A stretch of DNA of 64,000 bases from Thermodesulfobacteriota bacterium (GTDB lineage: Bacteria; Desulfobacterota_D; UBA1144; Nemesobacterales; Mycalebacteriaceae): the NCBI GenBank assembly GCA_965205855.1, contig OZ242184.1:1248001-1312000 (forward strand). The letters run 5' to 3'. The position numbers and the translations under genes are program-made. Below the pieces are notes generated by a model. The model saw nothing but the letters and a program-made list of their open reading frames with translations. It made no database searches and was not told where the DNA came from. This document shows positions 46,251 to 56,308 of this stretch, piece after piece; the stretch's first letter is position 1; every line of letters begins with the position of its first letter.

Positions 46251-47231
46251 TCAATTCCAAAATCCGCTCCAAATTACCGTCTTGACCGAGACAGCAAGTG
46301 CCACAGACACAACCATAACCGCATCGTTTACGGCTTTCGCGGTTTTATAGTCTGCTTGCGTAAGAACTCTGGGATTTCTCCCTATAAAGGGCTTACGCGA
46401 CTCCTTCCCACCATACGAAGCCGTTCCGCCGAAACGACAGTCCAGGATTCCCGCAAGTGCGGCTTGCATCAGACCCGCATTCGGGCTCGGATGATTTGCG
46501 CCGAACTCAAATATAAAAACAAAAGAGCGGATGCTAAAAGCGCAAACCGCCATAAAAAAGGCAGTGATGCGCGCGGGAATGAAATTTGCCACATCGTCAA
46601 TTTTTGCCGCCGCCATGCCGAATTTCCGGTAGCGCGTATTTTTGTATCCTATCATTGAGTCCAAAGTGTTGACGGCTTTGTAAGCCATCATTGCCGGAAC
46701 CCCACCAAGAAGAAAATAGAAAATCGGAGCTACAACGCCGTCAGACAGATTCTCGGACATGGTTTCAAGAGCGGCGGTTTTTATCCGCTCCGGACAAAGC
46801 TGCACGGTGTCTCGTCCGACAATCCTTGAAAGCCTCAAGCGCGCAAGCGGAATGTCACCGCTTTCAACAGCGGAGAACACAGCGCCGCTCTCCGATGTCA
46901 GACCCGTGCCTGCAAGACCGAAAAAAACAAACAGAGAGGCAAAAAAAACATACGCGACCGGGCCCGCGGAAACGGCGGCATCACGAAAATACACAAATAT
47001 CAGAAAAACCCCGGCAATTGTAACGACGGCGAGAATTGCGCCTTTAAGGTATAAGGCGGCTCCCCGGTTCAGAAATTTCTCACCGGCCGAAATAAAAACA
47101 CCGAAAAAACGGACAGGATTCGGAGGCAACCGCGGGTCTGCAAAAAGAAAATCGGCCACACAGGCGATTATCAAACAGAGGGCGGCAAGCGGAACCGGAC
47201 CGGAGGATAAATCAAGTGTCAAAAAGCCCAT
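46251..47231 (-). CDS. cbiB: adenosylcobinamide-phosphate synthase
   Basis: IVGRDT, ENLSDGVVAP.FY, YKAVNTLDSMIGYK, DDVANFIPAR, HPSPNAG. Confidence 0.95.
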   Translation of the reverse strand: MGFLTLDLSSGPVPLAALCLIIACVADFLFADPRLPPNPVRFFGVFISAGEKFLNRGAALYLKGAILAVVTIAGVFLIFVYFRDAAVSAGPVAYVFFASLFVFFGLAGTGLTSESGAVFSAVESGDIPLARLRLSRIVGRDTVQLCPERIKTAALETMSENLSDGVVAPIFYFLLGGVPAMMAYKAVNTLDSMIGYKNTRYRKFGMAAAKIDDVANFIPARITAFFMAVCAFSIRSFVFIFEFGANHPSPNAGLMQAALAGILDCRFGGTASYGGKESRKPFIGRNPRVLTQADYKTAKAVNDAVMVVSVALAVSVKTVIWSGFWN

Positions 47232-47240
47232 TGTCGGGTC

Positions 47241-47318
47241 TGGTAGCCCCTACGGGATTTGAACCCGTGTTTCTACCTTGAGAGGGTAGCGTCCTTGGCC
47301 AGGCTAGACGAAGGGGCC
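47241..47318 (-). tRNA. tRNA-Glu (CUC)
   Basis: GGCCCCTTCGTCTAG...CTACC-CT-CTC-AA-GGTAG...GGTTCAAATCC...AGGGGCTACCA with encoded CCA. Confidence 0.96.
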
Positions 47319-47376
47319 GTAAACAGAAAGTCTATTTTATACGGGAATGGGGCAATTTTGAAAACCTCGAGGAGAC

Positions 47377-48534
47377 TTATTTGGACTTTTTATTCCAGAA
47401 AGTGCTTATGACCTTACGCGTGTAGGCGGGTTTGTCGAAAGGATCGTCTCTGTCTTCCTTAGCCTCGGCGGTGGTGGCATTGATATTATTACCGAAACCT
47501 CCGTCATCCGAACCTTGTACCGTTGCGACTGCGACAAGCGGCGGCGCTTTCACGGAGGGAACAACTGAATCATCTCTGATTCCGGTGGCAACTATCGTAA
47601 CCTTGACCTCCTTGCCGATATCACTGTCTAGAACAAGACCGACTATAAGGTTCAATTTCTCGTTCGCTTTCTGCATTACGTAGTCGCACACTTTTTTTAA
47701 CTCGTCAATACCGAAATCGGACGGGGCGGTTACGTGAAGCAAAACCCCTTTCGCACCTTCAATTGAGAGTGAGCCCAGAAGCGGACTTTCAACCGCTATC
47801 TCGGCGGCTTTCACCGCTCTGTCTGCGCCCTCGGCGATACCGGTTCCCATTATCGCCTTGGAGCCTTCTTGTCTCATTATGCTTCTGACATCGGCAAAAT
47901 CCATGTTTATGTGACCGGGAGTGTTGATAATATCCGTTATTCCGCTAACGGCACGGTAAAGCACATCAGTGGCGCAGTCAAAACCTTTCTTTAGGGAAAC
48001 GGAATTTTCATCGCTGTGGAGTTTGTCATTTGGAATCACTATCAGAGTGTCAACTTCTCTTTCAAGTTTTTTCAGCCCTTCCATCGCCAGTTGATTTCTC
48101 GTCTCGCCTTCGAAACTGAACGGGATGGTAACTATCGCCACTGTCAAAGCCCCGACTTCCTTTGACACTTTGGAAACCACGGGCGACGCCCCTGTTCCGG
48201 TTCCACCTCCCAGACTCGCGGCGATAAAAACCATATCCGCGCCGTCAAGAGCTTCGGCTATTCTCGCTTTGTCCTCGGTTGCGGCTTCCTCTCCCACGGT
48301 GGGGTCTCCTCCCGCGCCGAGACCTTGAGTGGAGCGATTGCCCACTTGCAGTTTCACATACGCTTTCGATGTTTTCAAATTTTGCGAATCGGTGTTGACG
48401 GCAATAAAGTCAACCCACTTCAGCCCTTTTTCAATCATTGAGTCAAGCGCATTGCAACCGCCGCCGCCGACGCCGACAATTTTGATTTTGGCTTTTAAAT
48501 GTGAGTCAGGAGGAACTATGGTAAAGCTCACCAC
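47377..48534 (-). CDS. ftsZ: cell division protein FtsZ
   Basis: GVGGGGCNA, NTD, GGGTGTG, PFSFEG, INMDFADV. Confidence 0.98.
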   Translation of the reverse strand: MVSFTIVPPDSHLKAKIKIVGVGGGGCNALDSMIEKGLKWVDFIAVNTDSQNLKTSKAYVKLQVGNRSTQGLGAGGDPTVGEEAATEDKARIAEALDGADMVFIAASLGGGTGTGASPVVSKVSKEVGALTVAIVTIPFSFEGETRNQLAMEGLKKLEREVDTLIVIPNDKLHSDENSVSLKKGFDCATDVLYRAVSGITDIINTPGHINMDFADVRSIMRQEGSKAIMGTGIAEGADRAVKAAEIAVESPLLGSLSIEGAKGVLLHVTAPSDFGIDELKKVCDYVMQKANEKLNLIVGLVLDSDIGKEVKVTIVATGIRDDSVVPSVKAPPLVAVATVQGSDDGGFGNNINATTAEAKEDRDDPFDKPAYTRKVISTFWNKKSK

Positions 48535-48565
48535 AATCCGCCTCCGTGCCGTAAAGAATCTTCAA

Positions 48566-49798
48566 TTAGAAATATCCCGCGAACCATTGCTCCATCCAAT
48601 CTCGTATTCTCTGAAATGTTCTTTCTCCTCTGACTCTTATTTTATCAGACTTTCCCGAATATTTCACTCCGTAATGTATAAGACCGACTACTGTGGAATA
48701 TGCGGGGTTGAAGACCGCATCGCTACTACTTGCGATTCCAAAGGGAGATCCCAGTCTTGACTTCATGCCAAAAATTTCCTCCGCCATATCAACCGACCCC
48801 TTCATTATAAAGCTTCCGCCAGTAAGAATAATTTTTGCTATGGTGCTGTCCAAACTTACCGAATCGGGAATTTCGTTTTTCACGAGCGTAAGTATCTCCG
48901 CCATTCTTGATTCTACAACCTCGGAAACCTCCAACTGAGAAACAAACTGTGTCGTGTTGTCTGCGGTATGGACCTCTATATCCCTTGAATCGGAAGCCAT
49001 ATTCACAAGGGCGACTCCGTAATCCTCCTTGATTCTGCGCGACTCAAAATCGGTAACTGTGCTAAAACGGTGTGACAGGTCTCTGTCAATATGGTCTCCG
49101 CCAAGCGTTATGTTCTGAGTATATTCAAGGTACCCTTTTTTGAAAACCGCTATGTCGGTTGTCCCACCACCGCAGTCCACAAGCACCGCTCCCAAATCCT
49201 TTTCCGTCTCGGTCAAGACCGCCTCACCCGAAGCTATTTGTTCAAGAACAATGCCGTTGACATCTATCCCCGCCTCGCGCACGCACCTGATAAGGTTGTT
49301 TGTGTCCGCAACCTGCCCGGTAACTATGTGAACATAGGTCTCAATTTTACTGCCGTGCATTCCAAGAGGATTTTTGACCGCATCCTGGCCGTCTATTGAG
49401 TAGTTTCCCTGAACCACGTGAATAAGCTCCCTGTCCGCCGTCACGTTCCTAGCAGTAGCGGATTCCGTAAGACGGCTGATATCCCTGTCCGTAACCTTCC
49501 CTTCGGCGATTCTAACAACTCCATGGGCATTCTGGCTTTTGATATGACCACCCGCTATGCCCACAAAAGCCGACCTTATTTCCTTGCCCGACATCGTCTC
49601 CGCCTTCTCAACGGCGGACGCTATACAATCGGTGGTCTCTTCCATGTCAACCACTATTCCCCTGCGCAAGCCCATTGAGGGATGCGTTCCGATACCAAGT
49701 ATGTTAATCTCGCTGTCTTTAACCTGCGCGACAATGGCACATGTCTTGGTTGTGCCAAGATCAAGCCCGATAAATATTTCCGCTTCCTCTCTGCCCAA
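48566..49798 (-). CDS. ftsA: cell division protein FtsA
   Basis: GLDLGTTK, VDCGGGTTD, LTGG; position before ftsZ. Confidence 0.96.
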   Translation of the reverse strand: MGREEAEIFIGLDLGTTKTCAIVAQVKDSEINILGIGTHPSMGLRRGIVVDMEETTDCIASAVEKAETMSGKEIRSAFVGIAGGHIKSQNAHGVVRIAEGKVTDRDISRLTESATARNVTADRELIHVVQGNYSIDGQDAVKNPLGMHGSKIETYVHIVTGQVADTNNLIRCVREAGIDVNGIVLEQIASGEAVLTETEKDLGAVLVDCGGGTTDIAVFKKGYLEYTQNITLGGDHIDRDLSHRFSTVTDFESRRIKEDYGVALVNMASDSRDIEVHTADNTTQFVSQLEVSEVVESRMAEILTLVKNEIPDSVSLDSTIAKIILTGGSFIMKGSVDMAEEIFGMKSRLGSPFGIASSSDAVFNPAYSTVVGLIHYGVKYSGKSDKIRVRGERTFQRIRDWMEQWFAGYF

Positions 49799-49800
49799 AA

Positions 49801-50469
49801 TTAATTCTCTTTCAAACCGATTATGCCCACGCCTTGCCGGCGAAGGTTAATATACTTTGCCTTAAAGCCCAATGCATAAAGACTGTGATTGATTTTTTCA
49901 AGTTTTCTCCATTGCCCCTTTAAATCTTTGCCGTCAAGGTCCATTCTTGCCCCCTTGCGTGTAAATATCTCAAAAGAGTCGTGGGAAACAACAACCTCCG
50001 ATATGTCTTTCCAGCTCAGAGTTGAGGCGGCGGATAACGACAAATCAAGCGCGAGCAAACCATCTGCGATAAGTTCGGTGGGAGCCCTCAAAATCGGAAA
50101 ATCCATTCCATATGAGGCAACCGGCGCGGGACCCAGAACGCCCCCCGAAGAATCAACATAAAAAAGATTTCCGCCCTGCGAGACAAAAAGACAGAAAGGT
50201 TTTTTCTCCTTCACTTTGATTACAATTCCGCCCTTGAAATCCCTGTGAACGGAAACATCATCTATCCAGCGGTCTTCCCTGAGCACTCCCGCGACTCCGG
50301 GAAGGAGCCAGGTTTTTCCGCCCGCGGCGGGTATCCCAATTCTTTTCAAGACACTGATTTTGGAAACCGCAAGCGCTCCGTCAATTGAAACCGTGTCTAT
50401 AAAAAACGCCGCGCGCGCGGCAAAAAACGCGGCGGCAAAAAACACGACGGCAAAAACGGGCATCACCAT
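49801..50469 (-). CDS. ftsQ: cell division protein FtsQ/DivIB
   Basis: TM segment, POTRA-like WIDDVSVHRDF...IKVKE, C-terminal YINLR; between murB and ftsA. Start uncertain. Confidence 0.75.
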   Translation of the reverse strand: MVMPVFAVVFFAAAFFAARAAFFIDTVSIDGALAVSKISVLKRIGIPAAGGKTWLLPGVAGVLREDRWIDDVSVHRDFKGGIVIKVKEKKPFCLFVSQGGNLFYVDSSGGVLGPAPVASYGMDFPILRAPTELIADGLLALDLSLSAASTLSWKDISEVVVSHDSFEIFTRKGARMDLDGKDLKGQWRKLEKINHSLYALGFKAKYINLRRQGVGIIGLKEN

Positions 50470-50504
50470 CTTGTGCTTAAAAACGCTTTTTTTCTTTTTT
50501 CCGG

Positions 50505-51392
50505 TCAGATTATCCGAACCTCTGTTTCCAAATTTATTCCCCTCTCTTCAAGCGCTCTGTCGCGTGCGATTTGTATGAGTTTCAGAACATCGGACGCTTT
50601 CGCGCCGCCTTTGTTGACTATAAAATTCGCGTGAATGCCGGAAAACTCCGCGGCGCCCACGGAAAACATTTTCATCCCTATTTCCTCAAGAAGCCGCCCT
50701 GCCTTTATTTGCGGGAGATTTTTGAAAATTGAGCCGGTATTCGCCCTGTTTACGGGTTGAGTTTTTTTTCTGCACTCAAGACTGCTCTTTATTACGGCAC
50801 GGCTTTGCGCCGGGTCTCCGCGCGTAAGGCGCAACCACGCCCTCAGCAATACCGAACCGGAAGGAAGCCCGCCCTTTCTGTAACCCCATTCCATTTCTCC
50901 GGAAGAGATTTCGCGTTCCTCGCCGTCTTGCCATACCGAAACCCGCTCAACAACCCCGGCAATCTCTCCGCCGTTTGCACCGGAGTTCATAAAAACCGCG
51001 CCGCCGACTGTTCCGGGAATTCCGGCGGCAAATTCAAGGCCGGAAAGTCCGCTTTCGGAAGTTCTGTTCATCACAGCCGCCAGCGAGGCACCGCAGTTCG
51101 CAACAACCGTGCAGCCTGCGCCTATTTCAAAGTTTTTAAGACGCCCCGTGCTCACTACCGCGCTGTCTATCCCCTCATCCCTAACTATGGTGTTCGAGCC
51201 CGCGCCGAGAACGGTGAAAGGCATTGACTCGCGAGACAGTATTTCAAGAGCACCGCAAAGCGCCCCCGGGGTTTTCGGATAGACAACAAGGCGCGCATCG
51301 CCGCCGACTCTCATCGCGGTATAGGAAGACATCGGGAAACCCGGTTCGGTCTCGCATCCGGCCCTGATTAACGATTTAACCAGATTTGTCAT
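50505..51392 (-). CDS. murB: UDP-N-acetylenolpyruvoylglucosamine reductase
   Basis: RVGG, LGAGSN, GIPGTVGGAVFMN, GSIFKN, HANF, LETEV. Confidence 0.95.
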   Translation of the reverse strand: MTNLVKSLIRAGCETEPGFPMSSYTAMRVGGDARLVVYPKTPGALCGALEILSRESMPFTVLGAGSNTIVRDEGIDSAVVSTGRLKNFEIGAGCTVVANCGASLAAVMNRTSESGLSGLEFAAGIPGTVGGAVFMNSGANGGEIAGVVERVSVWQDGEEREISSGEMEWGYRKGGLPSGSVLLRAWLRLTRGDPAQSRAVIKSSLECRKKTQPVNRANTGSIFKNLPQIKAGRLLEEIGMKMFSVGAAEFSGIHANFIVNKGGAKASDVLKLIQIARDRALEERGINLETEVRII

Positions 51393-52759
51393 CTCAATTC
51401 CTTCGCAAGCGCATCGCCGCAACGCCAGACATTTCCCGCTCCGAGGGTAAGAAGAACGTCACCTTCACTCAAATCCGCCTTGAGCCTCATGAGCAAACCC
51501 TTTTCGCACGGGCTGTAAACCGCACCCGAGCCTCCGGCGGCTTTCACACTTCTTACCACTTCCTCGGAAGTGACGCCTTTTATCGGTTTCTCTCCGGCGG
51601 GAAACACATCCAGAACATACAACCTTGGAACCTTGCTCAGTACATTCACAAAACTGTCAAAAAGAAGATGCGTCCGCGTGAATCTATGCGGCTGGAATAC
51701 TACAACGGGCTTGGATGAAAACGCTTCCGTAACCGAATCCACTGTAACCCGTATCTCTTCGGGATGGTGTCCGTAATCGTCAATTATCTTTATTCCTCTC
51801 ACCTCGTCCCTCAACTGCATGCGCCTCTCTATGCCACCGAAACTTTCAAGCCCGTTTTTTACTGAGTCAAAACACATACCCATTTCCATGCCCAGAGCCA
51901 CGGCGGCAAGCGAGTTGACAGCGTTATGGACGCCAGGAACCGCAAGCGCGGCTTCGCCGAGTTTCTTTCCCTTAAAGAAGACCTCAAACCTTGTGTTAAA
52001 GCCCCGCATCTCAATTTTACCGAGCCTGAAATCCGCGTCCACGCCTCTGCCGTAAGTTACAAACCTTTTAGAAACACGCTTTGTCATTTCCCGAATATAA
52101 CCGCAGTCAGAGCACAGCACCGAAAGCCCGTAGAAAGGCGTTTTCTCAATAAATTCAAAAAAACCGTCGCGTAGATTCTCCACCGTTCCATGGTAATCCA
52201 AATGCTCGCAATCAACATTTGAGAGAACTGAAATCGCAGGTGAAAGCCTGTTGAAGGAGCCGTCGCTTTCATCCGCCTCAACAAGCATGATGTCTCCGCC
52301 GCCGAACCACCCGCTGCCAAGAGTGGCGACTTTTCCCCCGACCACAACAGTCGGATCAAAACCGCCCTCGGCAAGAACGGACGCTATCATTGATGTTATC
52401 GTGGTTTTCCCGTGGCTTCCCATTACGGCAATACCGAATTTCATTCTCATAAGTTCGGCGAGCATTTCAGCCCTTTGTATGACCGGAATACCCTGTTTTT
52501 TTGCCCCGGCAAGCTCCGGGTTTGAGTCCCGTATTGCCGAAGAGACAACTACGACATCCGAGCCGTTGACGTTATCGGTCAGATGTTCGCGGCGTATTTT
52601 TGCTCCCGCCTTTTCAAGCGCGGTAATAGCCTCCGAAGAACCGGTGTCCGAACCTGAGACTTCGTATCCGATTCTGAGCAGAACTTCGGCGAGTCCGCTC
52701 ATGCCCGAACCCGCAATTCCAATCATATGTATCTTTTTGAATTTCCCTGACATTTTCAC
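51389..52759 (-). CDS. murC: UDP-N-acetylmuramate-L-alanine ligase
   Basis: GIAGSGMSG, GSHGKTT, EADESDGSF, DDYGHHP, FQPHR. Confidence 0.97.
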   Translation of the reverse strand: MKMSGKFKKIHMIGIAGSGMSGLAEVLLRIGYEVSGSDTGSSEAITALEKAGAKIRREHLTDNVNGSDVVVVSSAIRDSNPELAGAKKQGIPVIQRAEMLAELMRMKFGIAVMGSHGKTTITSMIASVLAEGGFDPTVVVGGKVATLGSGWFGGGDIMLVEADESDGSFNRLSPAISVLSNVDCEHLDYHGTVENLRDGFFEFIEKTPFYGLSVLCSDCGYIREMTKRVSKRFVTYGRGVDADFRLGKIEMRGFNTRFEVFFKGKKLGEAALAVPGVHNAVNSLAAVALGMEMGMCFDSVKNGLESFGGIERRMQLRDEVRGIKIIDDYGHHPEEIRVTVDSVTEAFSSKPVVVFQPHRFTRTHLLFDSFVNVLSKVPRLYVLDVFPAGEKPIKGVTSEEVVRSVKAAGGSGAVYSPCEKGLLMRLKADLSEGDVLLTLGAGNVWRCGDALAKELR

Positions 52760-53862
52760 TTCCCGGCAAGTATTTCTATCTCGTCCACAATGTTTTTTGC
52801 CGCATCCGGCGCCGCGATTGCCGATACCGCTTTTGACATCGCCTCAAGCATATTCCAGTTAAGCAGTCTTTGCAGGGTTTCGGCAACCGCTTTTTCAGAC
52901 AGGACATCCTCTTCTATCACAAACGCCGCACCCGCTCTTTCCATCATCTTGGCGTTCGCGCGCTGATGGTCCCGGGCGGCAAACGGATATGGAACAAGAA
53001 TGGAAGGCTTGGAAAAAAGCGCTATCTCGGAAATCGCTCCGGCTCCGGCCCTTGATATTACCAAATCCGATTCAACATAAAAGTCCGCCACCACCGGGTC
53101 GAAGTCAAAAACTCGCGCACTCACACCCGCGGACCTGTAAGTCCTTTCAATATCACAAACGGCTCCCAAACCCGTCTGGTGGATTACGCTTATGTTTTTC
53201 CGTGTCAGCTTTTTGAAGGAGGCTATGGCGCCCGGAACCACGCGGTTCAGTGAGCTCGCGCCGCGGCTTCCACCAATAACAAAAATCACGCAGCCGTCCG
53301 GTTGCGGAGACCGTCCCGCGGTCCGACGGCGGAGCGCCGCGGCGGCAATTTCACGCCGGACGGGATTTCCCGAAATCCTGACCTTTTCAGGCGCGAAGCC
53401 GGAGGGGAAAACCCCGCCGGGCGGCGGAAAAGAGAGAAACACCCTTTGCGCAACCCTGCCGAGCATTCCGTTTGCGAGTCCGGGGACGCTGTTCTGTTCG
53501 CAAACGGCAACGGGAATTCCCATGACCCATGCCGCCGCAATTGCCGGAAAAGACGCATACCCACCCATGCCCACGGCCACATCGGGAGAGAAACCGCGTA
53601 AGAGAAACATTGACTTCACAATACCGAGAGCGGAGGCAAAAACACCTGAAACCGCGCCGGAAATGCCCGTGCCAGCAACGCCCGCACCGCGTGCCGCCTC
53701 AAACCTGTAGCCCGCTTGCGGCACAAGGCGGCTCTCCAAACCACTTGAAGTCCCCACGAAAAGAATCTCGCTTGAGCTGTCTCTTTTTTTTATTTCATCG
53801 GCGACCGCCAGAGCCGGAAACAGATGCCCACCCGTTCCGCCTCCCGATATTACAACTCTCAT
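52756..53862 (-). CDS. murG: undecaprenyl-PP-MurNAc-pentapeptide GlcNAc transferase
   Basis: GGGTGGH, GGY, EQN, GNPVR, GGSRGA, SRAGA, HQRANA. Confidence 0.97.
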   Translation of the reverse strand: MRVVISGGGTGGHLFPALAVADEIKKRDSSSEILFVGTSSGLESRLVPQAGYRFEAARGAGVAGTGISGAVSGVFASALGIVKSMFLLRGFSPDVAVGMGGYASFPAIAAAWVMGIPVAVCEQNSVPGLANGMLGRVAQRVFLSFPPPGGVFPSGFAPEKVRISGNPVRREIAAAALRRRTAGRSPQPDGCVIFVIGGSRGASSLNRVVPGAIASFKKLTRKNISVIHQTGLGAVCDIERTYRSAGVSARVFDFDPVVADFYVESDLVISRAGAGAISEIALFSKPSILVPYPFAARDHQRANAKMMERAGAAFVIEEDVLSEKAVAETLQRLLNWNMLEAMSKAVSAIAAPDAAKNIVDEIEILAGK

Positions 53863-54980
53863 TGCCGCGATGCCCTGGCCCTTGATACGCTGAGAATAAC
53901 CCCGACCGCTCCAAGGCTTACGACAAGAGATGTTCCCCCGTAACTCAAAAACGGCAAAGTCAAACCCTTGGTGGGCAAAATGGACAAGGCAACTGCCATG
54001 TTAATCAACGCCTGAAAAACTATAAGCAATGTGTAACTTATAACCAGATGGAAACCGAAAGCGTCCGGGGCAGTAACTGCTATTTTCACACTTCTGAACA
54101 GAAAGACGAGAAACGCCGCAATCACAAACATGATTCCGGCAAAACCGAATTCCTCGCCGATTATGGAAAGTATGAAATCCGTATGGGCCTGAGGCAGAAA
54201 GAACAGTTTCTGACTACTTGCACCGAGCCCCTGTCCGAACAGGCCGCCGAGACTGAACGCCACCATTGACTGAACCGCCTGATAGCCCGAATCAAAGTAG
54301 TTTCCCCACGGGTCGAGAAACGAGAGGAGTCTTGTTTTTCTGTAAGGTTCAATCCACACGGCAAAAACGGCGAAACAGAACGCTATCCCGACAAGCAGCG
54401 ACATATGGAGAATTTTTGCACCGCCGAGAAAAAGCATAATTCCGGTAACGGAGAGAACTATGAACGCCGTGCCAAAGTCGGGTTCTACAAAAATCAGTCC
54501 CACATAGAGTCCGGCGAGGATCAAATGCGGGGCGATACCGTGCAGAAAACTCGATATTAAATGGCTTTTACGGGCGAGAGAATCCGACATGTAAAGAAAG
54601 AATATAAATTTGGCAAACTCCGAGGGCTGAAAGGCAAAGCCGCCGAGTGAAATCCATCTCCGCGCGCCGAAAACCTCCCTGCCCACGCCTTCAAACAGAA
54701 CCGCCGCGAGAAAAACCAGCCCCGCGAAATACGCGGGCATGGCGATTTTCCTCAGTTTTGTGTAGTCCATCATTGCGGCAACGGTCATGGCCACAAACCC
54801 CAGACTCAAATAGAACATCTGCAGTTTGAAAAACCTCCATGAGTCGCCGTATTTCTCAAAGGCGTAAGCCGAGCTTGTGCTGTACACCATCAGCGCTCCG
54901 GCAAGGGAAAAAGCAACGACCACAAACATCAAAGTGTAGTCAAAACCCAGGGGCGCGCGGCTATTTGAAGTTTTTAACAA
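53859..54980 (-). CDS. ftsW: SEDS peptidoglycan glycosyltransferase FtsW
   Basis: GARRWI, QPSEFAK, EPDFGT, LPQAHTDF, PTKGLTLPFLSYGGTS. Start taken at TTG 54980. Confidence 0.95.
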   Translation of the reverse strand: MLKTSNSRAPLGFDYTLMFVVVAFSLAGALMVYSTSSAYAFEKYGDSWRFFKLQMFYLSLGFVAMTVAAMMDYTKLRKIAMPAYFAGLVFLAAVLFEGVGREVFGARRWISLGGFAFQPSEFAKFIFFLYMSDSLARKSHLISSFLHGIAPHLILAGLYVGLIFVEPDFGTAFIVLSVTGIMLFLGGAKILHMSLLVGIAFCFAVFAVWIEPYRKTRLLSFLDPWGNYFDSGYQAVQSMVAFSLGGLFGQGLGASSQKLFFLPQAHTDFILSIIGEEFGFAGIMFVIAAFLVFLFRSVKIAVTAPDAFGFHLVISYTLLIVFQALINMAVALSILPTKGLTLPFLSYGGTSLVVSLGAVGVILSVSRARASRQ

Positions 54981-56301
54981 TCTTTTTAAACTCCCTGCCC
55001 CTTTCCTCAAAAGAGGAAAACATATCAAAACTTGAACACGCGGGCGAAAAAACTATTGAGCCTCCGGGCCTCGATTCTGCCACGGCGCGTTCAACCGCCC
55101 TTTCAAGTGAGTCGGTAACAACGGTTTTGACCAGTCCGCCGAGCTCGTACATCATGGAATCACCAGACTCGCCGAAAAGCACAAGAGAGCTGACCTTGCG
55201 TTCAATCGGACGACGCAGAGCCGAGTAGCCGGTTTTTTTATCCTTCCCTCCGGATATTAAAACCACGGGAGCCCGAAGCCCCTCAAGAGCGCTCACGGTC
55301 GCGGCGGGATTGGTCGCCTTTGAATCGTTGTAAACGCGCGCACCGGAGATTTCACACACAAACTCCATCCTGTGAGGAGGAGGGGAAAATTCATTTGCCG
55401 CATCGGCCGTTTCTTTCGGGTCACAACCAAGGATGGAGGCAATCGCAATCGCCGCCATCGCGTTTTCAATGTTATGTTTTCCATGAATTTTTGCACGGGA
55501 AAGGTCGTACGTCTCCCCCATAAATGAGATATTCGTGCCATCTGTGGTTACATAACCGGCACGCGGCTCCGCGCGGGAAGAGTCAAAAACAACCGTTCTG
55601 GCACGAACGGAATCAATCACCGGGCGCATTTGGGCATTTGAGCCGTTGACAACAGCCCAGTCGTCTGAAGTCTGGGCTGCGAATATTTTCTTTTTGGAAG
55701 CGATGTAGTCTTCATAGTCCGAGTGAACATCAAGATGGTTTGGCGAAAGGTTGAGCATAACGGCGACAAGGGGCTTGAAAGTGTCTGTGGTTTTAAGTTG
55801 GAAACTGCTCATTTCAAGAAGCGCCACATCGTAATTGTTTTCCTTCCCGACCGCGTTGACAAACGGGTCGCCGATATTTCCGCCAATAAAAGGCCGCCTG
55901 TTGCACCGCTTCAGAATATGGCCGACAAGACCGGTCGTTGTCGTCTTGCCGTTTGAGCCGGTAATAGCGACAACGGGAAGGCGGCTCAACCTGAAAGAGA
56001 ACTCCGCCTCTCCCATAACTTCAACCCCCGCCGCGATCGCCGCGCGGACCGGCTCAATATCGGGCGAAACTCCGGGGCTTAATATCAGAGAGCCGGTTTT
56101 CACAAAACTGTCTTTGAGATGCCCGCCCGCTTCAATGCCCACACCAAGACTCTCAAGTTCCCCCGCGGCCGGAATCTCGCGCCGGGGTCTGGTGTCGGTC
56201 GCCGTAACCGCCGCGCCGTTGAGGGCGAGAAAGCGGCTCACGGCAATTCCGGTCTTTCCAATCCCGGCAACAAGAAACTTCCCGCCTTTTATTTTCATCA
56301 C
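54961..56301 (-). CDS. murD: UDP-N-acetylmuramoyl-L-alanine-D-glutamate ligase
   Basis: SPGV, ITGSNGKTTT, EMSSFQL, NDSKATN, SPACSSFDMF. Confidence 0.97.
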   Translation of the reverse strand: MMKIKGGKFLVAGIGKTGIAVSRFLALNGAAVTATDTRPRREIPAAGELESLGVGIEAGGHLKDSFVKTGSLILSPGVSPDIEPVRAAIAAGVEVMGEAEFSFRLSRLPVVAITGSNGKTTTTGLVGHILKRCNRRPFIGGNIGDPFVNAVGKENNYDVALLEMSSFQLKTTDTFKPLVAVMLNLSPNHLDVHSDYEDYIASKKKIFAAQTSDDWAVVNGSNAQMRPVIDSVRARTVVFDSSRAEPRAGYVTTDGTNISFMGETYDLSRAKIHGKHNIENAMAAIAIASILGCDPKETADAANEFSPPPHRMEFVCEISGARVYNDSKATNPAATVSALEGLRAPVVLISGGKDKKTGYSALRRPIERKVSSLVLFGESGDSMMYELGGLVKTVVTDSLERAVERAVAESRPGGSIVFSPACSSFDMFSSFEERGREFKKIVKNFK

Positions 56302-56308
56302 TGGCGGA

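Noticed and set aside
43164-47260. Genomic island integrated at tRNA-Glu or tRNA-Gln
   Set aside because: No integrase, and no duplicated tRNA 3' end (att site) seen at the far boundary.
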